Of a stretch of DNA of 59,701 bases, positions 26,816 through 35,988 are shown in pieces. The DNA lies in assembly GCA_036273335.1 (NCBI GenBank), contig DASUHT010000060.1:1-59701 (forward strand), written 5' to 3'. Source of the DNA: Gaiellales bacterium (lineage in GTDB: Bacteria > Actinomycetota > Thermoleophilia > Gaiellales > JAICJC01). Numbering within the stretch: position 1 is the first letter of the stretch; every line of letters begins with the position of its first letter. Below the pieces are notes generated by a model, which was given only the letters and a program-made list of their open reading frames with translations, did not search any database and had not been told where the DNA came from. The position numbers and the translations under genes were made by a program.

Positions 26816-27794
26816 GCAGCGGCCCTCCTGATCAGATCGTCCCCCTGAACGAGGCGAATGTCGTTGTCGGCCCGGACGCGCCGGCCGAGATCGCCGTCGG
26901 CCCGCGTAGCCTCATGCGCACGGTTCTGCTCGAGAACCGGGCGGCCATGATCGGCACGATCATCCTGGTCGTCACGACGCTGATCGCCATCTTCGCCGGC
27001 GTGCTGGCACCGCACAGCACGACCGAGCAGATCGGGCCGGTGTACGCGCCGCCGTCCAGCAAGTGGTGGCTCGGCCTGGACGACGGCGGTGTCGACATGC
27101 TGAGCCAGATGATCTACGGCGCCCGCATCTCGATGATCGTCGGTTTCGCGGGTGCGGCGGTGGCGATGATCATCGGCGGCGGCGTCGGGATCGTCTCCGG
27201 CTACTTCGGCGGCCGCACCGACATCGCCCTGATGCGGATCACCGACTACTTCCTGGTCATCCCCGACGTGCCGCTGATGATCGTCTTCGCCGCTGTCTTC
27301 GGGCGCAGTCTGCTGAACATCATCATCATCATCGGGATCATCTACTGGACGAGCACGGCCCGCCTGATCCGGGCCCAGATCAAGTCGGTGCGCGAGCGGG
27401 TGTATGTCAAGCGGGCGCAGTCGCTCGGCGCCGGCCACAACAGACTGATCTGGAAGCATGTGATGCCGCAGGTGGTGCCGCTCCTGGTGGCCAACACGGT
27501 GCTCACGATCGCCACCGCCATCTTCGCCGAGACGTACATCGCCTTCCTCGGCCTGAGCGACCCGACCAAGTCTTCCTGGGGCCGCCTGATCCAGAACTCG
27601 CTGAGCGGCGGCGCAATCTTCCACAACGCCTGGTGGGCGGTCGTGCCGCCTGGCCTGGCCGTGACCGTTGTCATCCTCGCCTGCACGATGGTCGGCCAGG
27701 CGCTCGAAGACGCGATGAACCCGCGGCTCAAGGTCGGCCACCTGTCCGTCCGCCGCTTCCGCGTCCGCCCCTTCTCGGCCAGGCTGGACACGCG

Positions 27795-27798
<4 letters not shown>
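26812..27798 (+). CDS. ABC transporter permease (DppC-like)
   Basis: GTG at 26812 overlaps the upstream stop (GTGA). 'IKSVRERVYVKRAQSLGAG' is the EAA loop. Confidence 0.85.
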
Positions 27799-28774
<976 letters not shown>

Positions 28775-28778
<4 letters not shown>

Positions 28779-29773
28779 GCCAGAACGGCGCGCTGCTCGA
28801 GGTGAGCGACCTGGTCACCCGCTACCCGGTGCCACGGGGGCTCATCGGCACCATCGCCCGCCGGCCCCGCCAGCAGGTGCACGCCGTCGAGGGGGTCACC
28901 TTCACGGTCGGCGCGGGCGAGATGCTGGCGCTGGTCGGCGAGTCGGGCTGCGGCAAGACGACCACCGCCCAGACGGTGATGCGGATGGTCGAGGAGGATT
29001 CGGGCCAGATCCGCTTCCGCGGCCGGGACATCACCGGCCTGTCGCATCGCGAGCTGCGGCCGATCCGGCGAGAGATGCAGATCATCTTCCAGGATCCCTA
29101 CGAATCGCTCGATCCTCGCTTCCGCGTCCGTGACACGGTCGAGGAGCCGCTCCTCATCCACAGCGAGGGCGGCTCCGGCAAGCAACGCACCGAGCGGATC
29201 ACGGAGGCGCTGGTGCGGGCCGGGCTGACCCCGCCCGACCTCTACATCAATCGCTTCCCGCACGAGCTCTCGGGCGGCCAGCGGCAGCGCGTGGCGATCG
29301 CGGCGGCGCTCGTCCTGGAGCCCAAGCTGCTGGTCGCAGACGAGCCGGTCTCGATGCTCGACGTCTCCGTTCGGGCCGGCATCCTGTCCCTCCTGGACGA
29401 GCTGCGAAAGAGCGGCCTGGGCATCCTCATGATCACCCACGACCTGTCCACCGCCAGCCACTTCGCCGACCGGATCGCGGTCATGTATCTCGGCCGGATC
29501 GTCGAGGAGGGGCCGGCCCGCGACGTCGTCCGGTCGCCTCGCCACCCGTACACGAAGGCGCTCGTCTCGGTGGTGCCGAAGCGCGACCCGCGCGACCGCA
29601 CAGAGCCGCAGATCCTGCAAGGGGAGACGCCGAATCCCGTGCACGTGCCCGAGGGCTGCCGTTTCCATCCGCGCTGCCCGATCGCGATCGACGACTGCCG
29701 GGCGACCGATCCAGCGCTGGAGCCGGTGCCCGGAGGCGGCGCCGAGCACCGGGGGGCCTGCATCCGCATGTGA
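28775..29773 (+). CDS. ABC transporter ATP-binding protein (DppF-like)
   Basis: 'GESGCGKTT', 'LSGGQRQRV', 'LLVADEPVSMLD'. ATGA overlap with the upstream gene. Confidence 0.9.
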
Positions 29774-29807
29774 GTTGCCGCTTCCGGGGATCTGGTATGA
29801 CCCCGGG

Positions 29808-30740
29808 ATGGCGCGCTGGCGGGACATCGGCGGGCCGGTGGGGCTCCTCCCGACCGGCCCCCGCAACGCGATCACGGACGTTGCCGGCGTCCTCGTCGGC
29901 CACGCCCAGGCGGCCAGCGGCGAAGCCACCGGCGTGACGGTGATCGCCCCGCCGGAGCTGCCGGCGCGAGCCGGCACGTCGACCGTGAACGGCGTCGGCG
30001 AGCTGACCAAGAAGCTCGAGATCGAAGAGTGGGGGATCATCCAGACGCCGGTCTACCTGTGCGGGACGCACGCCGTCGGCACCGTCTATCACGCCGCGGT
30101 GCTTGCCGCGGGAGGCAGCCCCGACCGGACGATCATCCCGGTCGTCGGCGAGTGCGACGACTCGGACATGGGCGACTCGCGGACGATCGCCGTGGCCGAC
30201 GTCGAGGCGGCGCTCGGCGCCCTCTCCGAAGACGTGCCGGAGGGCGGCGTGGGTGGCGGCACCGGGATGACCTGCTTCGACTTCGCCGGCGGCATCGGGA
30301 CGGCCTCGCGGCTCGTCGAGGGGCACACCGTGGGGGTGCTCCTGATGTGCAACTTCGGCGACCGGGAGCGGCTGACGGTCGGCGGCCTGCGCTTCGACCC
30401 GGCCCCCGGGCCGGCTCCGCCGGAGGGCTCATGCATCGCCGTCTGCGCAACCGACGCGCCGCTGAGCGCGCTCCAGCTGAAGCGGCTTTCGCTGCGACCG
30501 CTGCTCGGTCTGGCGCGGGCAGGCTCCTACGCATCCAACGGCTCCGGCGAGATCGGACTGGCGTTCACCGTCGTCCGCGGGCAGGACCACCCCCTCGCGG
30601 GCATGTCCGGCCTGTTCGCGGCCGCCTACGAGGCGGCCGAGGAGGCTGTCTACAACTGCCTGGTCGCGGCCAGGCCGGGCACCAGGCGGGACGGCCGCCC
30701 GCACGAAGCCTTCCCGGCGCACCTCGTCACGCCCGGCTGA
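29808..30740 (+). CDS. P1/S58 family peptidase (DmpA/BapA-like L-aminopeptidase/D-esterase)
   Basis: 'GPRNAITDVAGVLVGHAQ...GVTVI' and later 'GGGTGM' fit the DmpA family. The ATG at 29808 is preferred (alternative TTG at 29775). Confidence 0.8.
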   Translation: MARWRDIGGPVGLLPTGPRNAITDVAGVLVGHAQAASGEATGVTVIAPPELPARAGTSTVNGVGELTKKLEIEEWGIIQTPVYLCGTHAVGTVYHAAVLAAGGSPDRTIIPVVGECDDSDMGDSRTIAVADVEAALGALSEDVPEGGVGGGTGMTCFDFAGGIGTASRLVEGHTVGVLLMCNFGDRERLTVGGLRFDPAPGPAPPEGSCIAVCATDAPLSALQLKRLSLRPLLGLARAGSYASNGSGEIGLAFTVVRGQDHPLAGMSGLFAAAYEAAEEAVYNCLVAARPGTRRDGRPHEAFPAHLVTPG

Positions 30741-30796
30741 TACCTGCGGCGGCCCGCGTATCATCTCGCCATCGGACCGGCAACAGGAGGGGTGAC

Positions 30797-31213
30797 ATGG
30801 AGGGGCTCGAGGTCGAGTTGCGAATGCGTCTTTCGGCGGCCGACGCACATTATGGCGGCAACCTGGTCGACGGCGCCCACGGGCTGGAGATCTTCGGCGA
30901 CATCGTCACCGAGCTGGCCGTCCATACAGACGGGGACGAGGGCCTCTTCGCTGGCTACGAGAAGGTGGAGTTCCTGGTCCCGATGCACGCCGGCGACTAC
31001 GTCCGGGCGCGGGGCACGATCGTCCGCATGGGCAAAACCAGCCGCACCGTCCAACTGGAGCTGTGGAAGGAGGTCGTTGGCCGGCCCGACCTCGGCGAAT
31101 CGGCCGCCGACTACCTGGACGAGCCGGTGCTGGTGACCCGCGCCCGCGGCACCTACGTCGTTCGAACGGCCCACTCGCGCGGCCCGCAGGGGCGAGCGGC
31201 CGGCCGGGCGTGA
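30797..31213 (+). CDS. Hotdog-fold protein resembling 3-aminobutyryl-CoA ammonia-lyase (Kal-like)
   Basis: 'RMRLSAADAHYGGNLVDGAHGLEIFGDIVTEL...DGDEGLFAGYEKVEFLVPMHAGDYV' matches my recollection of the Kal family N-terminal half. AGGAGGGG RBS. Confidence 0.55.
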   Translation: MEGLEVELRMRLSAADAHYGGNLVDGAHGLEIFGDIVTELAVHTDGDEGLFAGYEKVEFLVPMHAGDYVRARGTIVRMGKTSRTVQLELWKEVVGRPDLGESAADYLDEPVLVTRARGTYVVRTAHSRGPQGRAAGRA

Positions 31214-31231
31214 CCGGCTGGCGGCCTGACG

Positions 31232-31873
31232 TCAGGCCGGGAGGCCGATCAGCCCCGCCGCGGCGATCAGGCCGGCCACGGTCTTCTCGGAAACCGGCTC
31301 GAAGTGCTCGTAGAACTCGCTGACGGCGGTGAACCGCTGCGGGTCGCGTAGGGCGACCAGGCGGTCGCAGTCGCGGGCCAGCCGCTCCGCCTGTGGACGC
31401 GGCAGCACCGGCAAGGCGATCACCATCTGGCGGGCGCCGGCATTGCGCACCGCTGCCATGGCGGCGCGGATGGTGGCTCCGGTCGCCGCCCCGTCGTCGA
31501 CGATCACCGCCGTTCGGCCGACCAGCACCATCGGCTCGCCACCGCGCAGGCGCTCGTCCATGGCCCGCGCCTCGGCGGTCGCCTCGTCGTAGGCGGCGTC
31601 GACCTGCTGGCGGCTGAGAATCCCGGCCAACCGGCGGTTGGTGAAGCGCTCGCCCATGGGCGCGACGGCTCCCATCGCCAGCTCCGGGTGCCCCGGCATT
31701 GGCACCTTGCGGACGCATATGACATCCAGCGGCAGCTCCAGCAGTCGCGCCATCTCGGCGGCCACGACAACTCCGCCGCGGGCCAGGCCGATGACGGTGG
31801 TGTTCGACTTCTTGCGCAGATCCTGCAGCGCTGCCGCGAGCGCTGCACCTGCCTGGGTGCGGTCTCGGAACAT
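31232..31873 (-). CDS. Phosphoribosyltransferase-family protein
   Basis: 'VIGLARGGVVVAAEMA...VIVDDGAATGATIRAA' is the PRPP-binding motif. Start taken at the ATG of 'MFRDRTQAG'. Confidence 0.8.
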   Translation of the reverse strand: MFRDRTQAGAALAAALQDLRKKSNTTVIGLARGGVVVAAEMARLLELPLDVICVRKVPMPGHPELAMGAVAPMGERFTNRRLAGILSRQQVDAAYDEATAEARAMDERLRGGEPMVLVGRTAVIVDDGAATGATIRAAMAAVRNAGARQMVIALPVLPRPQAERLARDCDRLVALRDPQRFTAVSEFYEHFEPVSEKTVAGLIAAAGLIGLPA

Positions 31874-31954
31874 TGGCCGATGATCCCCCACGGTTCGGCG
31901 ACGGTCAAGCACGAGATTACCCGTTGGGCGTATCCGCGACCCTCGCTTGGCCTT

Positions 31955-31963
31955 TGCTAGACT
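31955..31963 (+). promoter_or_regulatory. Candidate extended -10 element (TGC-TAGACT) for the infC operon
   Basis: TGn + TAnnnT read from the sequence. No convincing -35 element. Confidence 0.3.
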
Positions 31964-32054
31964 GCCGCCCTGGCATCAAGCAGAGGCATCCGCTTCTCAC
32001 CCGCGTGGCCGGTGGCCCCGGGTTCAATCGAAAAGGATTGGTGCGCGCCCGCGC

Positions 32055-32095
32055 CAGGGCGCCAGAGACGGGTGCCGAACGGTGCCTGTTTTTTT
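32055..32095 (+). terminator. Attenuator-like intrinsic terminator in the infC leader
   Basis: cagg(g)cgcc pairs with ggtgcctg (8 bp with one bulge and one G-U) and is followed directly by TTTTTTT. The 3' arm GGTGCC is duplicated 10 nt upstream, which allows an alternative hairpin. Confidence 0.5.
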
Positions 32096-32145
32096 GTTGT
32101 CGAGAGGAGTCGAGTTTGGGAATTGATCGTGACTGGTAGCAGGCC

Positions 32146-32754
32146 TTGAGGCCACGTCGACAGCTGGACCAGCGGCCACAGGAGCCAACCACCCGCATCA
32201 ACGAGGCGATCCGCGTCCCCCAGGTGCGGCTGGTGGACAGCGACGGGACCCAGATCGGCATCAAGCCGACGGACGAGGCCCAGAAGTACGCGTGGGACCG
32301 TCATCTCGACCTGGTCGAGGTGGCACCAGAGGCCCGGCCTCCGGTGTGCCGGGTGATGGACTATTCCAAGTACCGGTACGAGCAGGAGCAGAAAGCCAAG
32401 CTCGCCCGCAAGCACCAGTCGACCATCACGATCAAGGAGATCAAGCTTCGGCCGAAGATCGGCGTCGCCGACTACGGGACCAAGCGCGGCCACGTGGAGC
32501 GGTTTCTGCGAAACCGCGACAAGGTGAAGGTCACGATCATGTTCCGGGGACGCGAGATGACCCATCCCGAACGCGGCCGCGACCTGCTGCTGCGGCTCGC
32601 CGACGACGTCAAGGATCTGGGAGTGATCGAGTCGCAGCCGCTCCAGGACGGCCGCAACATGGTCATGATGCTGGGCCCGGTGAAGGCGCCGCAGGCGCCG
32701 GCAGCCACGGACGCCGCCGAGGACGAGGCGAAGCCCGAGCCCGTCAAGGAGTAG
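32146..32754 (+). CDS. infC: Translation initiation factor IF-3
   Basis: 'RINEAIRVPQVRLVDSDG...LDLVEV...PVCRVMDYSKYRYE...IKEIKLRPKI...'. TTG start, bounded by an in-frame stop at 32137. Confidence 0.95.
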   Translation: MRPRRQLDQRPQEPTTRINEAIRVPQVRLVDSDGTQIGIKPTDEAQKYAWDRHLDLVEVAPEARPPVCRVMDYSKYRYEQEQKAKLARKHQSTITIKEIKLRPKIGVADYGTKRGHVERFLRNRDKVKVTIMFRGREMTHPERGRDLLLRLADDVKDLGVIESQPLQDGRNMVMMLGPVKAPQAPAATDAAEDEAKPEPVKE

Positions 32755-32763
32755 GGGAGAGCG

Positions 32764-32961
32764 ATGCCAAAGATGAAGACATCTTCGGGAGCCAAGAAGC
32801 GCTTCCGGATCACCGCCGGCGGCAAGGTGCTGCGGCGGCGCGCCTTCAAGTCGCATCTGCTGGAGCACAAGAGCGCCAAGCGCCTGCGCAAGAAGCGCCG
32901 GGACACGGGGCTCGACGGATCGGATACTCGCGAGGCGCTGCGCCTCCTGGGAAAGCGGTAG
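32764..32961 (+). CDS. rpmI: 50S ribosomal protein L35
   Basis: '[22 protein letters not shown]'. Confidence 0.95.
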   Translation: MPKMKTSSGAKKRFRITAGGKVLRRRAFKSHLLEHKSAKRLRKKRRDTGLDGSDTREALRLLGKR

Positions 32962-32980
32962 TCGCGGAGAGGAGACGAGG

Positions 32981-33343
32981 ATGGCTCGCGTCAAGCGCAG
33001 CGTGCATGCCAAAAAGAAGCGCCGCGAGGTGCTGGAGTCGGCCAAGGGCTACCGGGGCCTGAAGAAGAACACCTACAAGCGCGCCAAGGAGCAGGTGATG
33101 AAGTCCCTCGCCTACTCCTATCGCGATCGCCGTGTTCGCAAGCGCGACTTCCGCCGGCTGTGGATCGTGCGCATCAACGCCGGCGCCCGCCAGCACGGGC
33201 TCTCCTACAACCAGTTGATCCACGGCCTGAAGCTGGCCCAGATCGATCTCGACCGCAAGGTTCTGGCCGACATCGCCGTGTCCGACCCGGACGCGTTCGA
33301 GGTGCTCGCCAAGGCCGCCAAGGACGCGCTCGCGGCCGCCTAG
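32981..33343 (+). CDS. rplT: 50S ribosomal protein L20
   Basis: '[26 protein letters not shown]...[13 protein letters not shown]'. Confidence 0.95.
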   Translation: MARVKRSVHAKKKRREVLESAKGYRGLKKNTYKRAKEQVMKSLAYSYRDRRVRKRDFRRLWIVRINAGARQHGLSYNQLIHGLKLAQIDLDRKVLADIAVSDPDAFEVLAKAAKDALAAA

Positions 33344-33356
33344 CGGTCGGCAGGTC

Positions 33357-34130
33357 GTGACCTCCGAGGCGATCACCTCGCGCGCCAACGCGCGGCTCAA
33401 GCATGCGCGGAAGCTGCAGGCGAAGAAACACCGGCTGGCAGCCGGGTTGTTCCTTGCCGAGGGCGAGGACCTGGTCGAGGAGGCGCTCTCGGCCGGCATC
33501 CTGCCGGTCGAGTCGTTCGTCGGTGCCGAGCGCGCCCCGGAGGCGGGGTTGCTGGCGCGGCTGGAGCGGGGTGGCCCGGTGCACCGCGTGGCCGACCCCT
33601 TGCTGGCGGAGATCGGCAGCCTTGGCCACCCGGCGCGGGTGGTCGGCATCTTCCCGGTCGCGGCGCTTCCCGGGCGGCCTGCCGGCGCCGACCTGGGCGT
33701 CTACCTGCACCGGGTGATCGACCCGGGGAACGTGGGCACCGTGGTGCGGGCGGCGGGCGCCCTCGGTCCGGCCTTCCTCGCCCTCTCGCCGGGCTGTTCC
33801 GACCCGCTGTCCGTCAAGGGGGTGCGGGCGTCGATGGGGGCGGTCTTCCGGGTTCCGATCGAGATCGGCGCCGCGCTCCCTGCCGTAGGCATCCGTGTGG
33901 CGCTCGTGGCGGGCGCATCGACGCCGCTCTGGCAGGCTGAGTTGACCGGCTCGGTCACATTCGCCGTCGGCGCAGAGCGGCACGGCCTGCCGGCGGAGGT
34001 CGTCGACGCCTGCGACGTCGTCTGCGCAATCCCGCAGGCGGTGGGCACGGAATCGCTGAACGCCGCCCAGGCGGCTGGCCTGGCGCTCTACGAGGCCGTC
34101 CGCCAGCGGGCGGCCGTGACGGTTTCGTAG
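33357..34130 (+). CDS. TrmH/SpoU-family RNA 2'-O-methyltransferase
   Basis: 'DPGNVGTVVRAAGALG' and 'IPQAVGTESLNAAQAAGLALYE' are SPOUT motifs. The position after rplT is typical. GTG start. Confidence 0.85.
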   Translation: MTSEAITSRANARLKHARKLQAKKHRLAAGLFLAEGEDLVEEALSAGILPVESFVGAERAPEAGLLARLERGGPVHRVADPLLAEIGSLGHPARVVGIFPVAALPGRPAGADLGVYLHRVIDPGNVGTVVRAAGALGPAFLALSPGCSDPLSVKGVRASMGAVFRVPIEIGAALPAVGIRVALVAGASTPLWQAELTGSVTFAVGAERHGLPAEVVDACDVVCAIPQAVGTESLNAAQAAGLALYEAVRQRAAVTVS

Positions 34131-34144
34131 CGGAGCCTGGCCCC
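34116..34144. repeat. Short direct repeat, copy C (gtgacggtttc-N8-gcctggcccc), spanning the TrmH-family gene stop
   Basis: 26/29 identical to copy D, which lies 97 bp downstream. Confidence 0.7.
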
Positions 34145-34212
34145 GTTAAGGCCGCCCGCCGCAGCCTCGCGCCGCCGTTCTCCGCGGTCGCGGGCCGCGG
34201 GGCATGAAAATC

Positions 34213-34241
34213 GTGACGGTTTCCTAACGGTGCCTGGCCCC
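34213..34241. repeat. Short direct repeat, copy D, spanning the stop of the convergent methyltransferase gene
   Basis: gtgacggtttcctaacggtgcctggcccc. Confidence 0.7.
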
Positions 34242-34940
34242 ACGAGCGACCCAGACCGAGTCGGTCGACCCCGGTTCGAGCGGCCGCCGGTCGAACCAGC
34301 CAAAGCCCTCGATGTCGGCGAAGCCGGCCGCCTCGAGCAGGCGCCGCCAGTCCTCGGGGTCTGCCCACCAGAGGTGCATCCAGGCCTCCACACCGCGCGC
34401 GTGCACAGAGAGCTCGAGCTCTCGCGACGCCGCGTCCCAGTGCGCGTGCTCGAGGATCCCCGGCTCGCGCTCGATCCAGCGGTCCTGCGTCTCGGCGATG
34501 TCGAGCCGATCGGGATGGAAGACGTCGAACGCGAGCGTCCCCGCAGGCTCGAGCAGCTCGCGCAGGCGGCAGAGCACGGCCAGGCGCTCGGCGTCGTCGC
34601 GCAGGTGGAGCAGCGCTCGGAACGGGATCACCGCGGTCGCAAACGTGCCCAGCTCCGGGATCGCCCGCATGTCGGCCTGCACCAGCTCGAGAGACACCCC
34701 GTGCACCGCCGCCTTCTCCCGGGCGAGCCTGAGCATCCCGGGCGAGCTGTCGATTCCGACCACCTCCAGCCCGGCCAGCACCAGCGGGATCGCCACCCGC
34801 CCCGACCCGCAGCCGACCTCCAGCACACGCCCCGATCCCTCCAGCGCGACGTCCACATAGAACGCGATGTCCTCGGTCACCGATCGCGACCACTCGTCGT
34901 ACAACGGCCCGAGACGGTCGTATGCCGAGGGCGTGGGCAC
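34224..34940 (-). CDS. Class I SAM-dependent methyltransferase
   Basis: 'RVLEVGCGSGRVAIPL' (motif I) and 'LLEPAGTLAFDVF'. The GTG at 34940 is the best start. The remainder of the 349-aa ORF is antisense to pheS. Confidence 0.8.
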   Translation of the reverse strand: MPTPSAYDRLGPLYDEWSRSVTEDIAFYVDVALEGSGRVLEVGCGSGRVAIPLVLAGLEVVGIDSSPGMLRLAREKAAVHGVSLELVQADMRAIPELGTFATAVIPFRALLHLRDDAERLAVLCRLRELLEPAGTLAFDVFHPDRLDIAETQDRWIEREPGILEHAHWDAASRELELSVHARGVEAWMHLWWADPEDWRRLLEAAGFADIEGFGWFDRRPLEPGSTDSVWVARGARHR

Positions 34941-34962
34941 CGTCGTTACACTACTCGGCTCA

Positions 34963-35988
34963 ATGAGCCACGATGCCGTGCTAGCGAACGCTCTCGACCG
35001 CATCGCCGGGGCCGCCTCCAGCGACGACCTGGAGTCGCTCCGTGTCGAGCTGGTGGGCCGGCGGGCGCCGGTCGTGGTGGCGCTCCGCGAGCTCGGCTCG
35101 CTGCCGCCCGATGAGCGGCGTGCCCGCGGTGCCGAGCTGAACCGCGTCCGGGGGGCGCTGGAGCAGGCCATCGCCGACCGCGAGCAGGCGCTGCGCAGAG
35201 CGGAGCTGGACGCCAGCCTGCGCTCGGCCGCCATCGATATCACCCTGCCCGGGCGGCCCCGTCCGCGCGGCACGCCGCACCTGATCGAGCGGACGACCCG
35301 CGAGATCCTGGACGTCTTCGTCGGGTTCGGCTACACGATCGTCGACGGCCCCGAGGTGGACACCGTTTACAACAACTTCGACGCGCTCAACCACCTGCCG
35401 ACGCACCCGACGCGACTGGAGACGGACACCTACTACATCAACGACGAGGCGGTCCTGCGCACGCACACCTCACCGGTGCAGATCCGGTCGATGGCCGCCC
35501 AGCCGCCGCCCCTGTACATCGCCACCGCCGGCCGCTGTTACCGGCGCGACACTCCGGACACGACGCACACGGCGATGTTCACCCAGATCGAGGGGCTCGC
35601 CGTCGATCGCGGGATCACCCTGGCGCACCTGAAGGGGACGCTCCTGAACTTCGCCCGGGCGCTCTTCGGAGCCGACCGCGAGGTGCGCCTGCGGCCGCAT
35701 TTCTTCCCCTTCACCGAACCGTCGGTGGAGGTGGATGTCTCCTGCTTCAACTGCGCCCGCGACGGCTCCCCGTGCCGTGTCTGCCACGGCGAGGGGTGGG
35801 TCGAGATCCTCGGCGCCGGCATGGTCGACCCCAACCTCTACGGCTTCGTCGACGGCTACGACCCGGAGCTGCACACCGGCTTCGCATTCGGCCTCGGCGT
35901 CGAGCGCGTCGCCGCGCTTCGCCATGCCATCCCGGACATCCGCCTGCTCTGGGAGAACGACCTGCGGTTCATGGAGCAGTACCGGTGA
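34963..35988 (+). CDS. pheS: Phenylalanine--tRNA ligase alpha subunit
   Basis: 'HPTRLETDTYYI...LRTHTSPVQIR...FTQIEG...FFPFTEPS...GAGMVDPNL' are class II motifs. Confidence 0.95.
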   Translation: MSHDAVLANALDRIAGAASSDDLESLRVELVGRRAPVVVALRELGSLPPDERRARGAELNRVRGALEQAIADREQALRRAELDASLRSAAIDITLPGRPRPRGTPHLIERTTREILDVFVGFGYTIVDGPEVDTVYNNFDALNHLPTHPTRLETDTYYINDEAVLRTHTSPVQIRSMAAQPPPLYIATAGRCYRRDTPDTTHTAMFTQIEGLAVDRGITLAHLKGTLLNFARALFGADREVRLRPHFFPFTEPSVEVDVSCFNCARDGSPCRVCHGEGWVEILGAGMVDPNLYGFVDGYDPELHTGFAFGLGVERVAALRHAIPDIRLLWENDLRFMEQYR

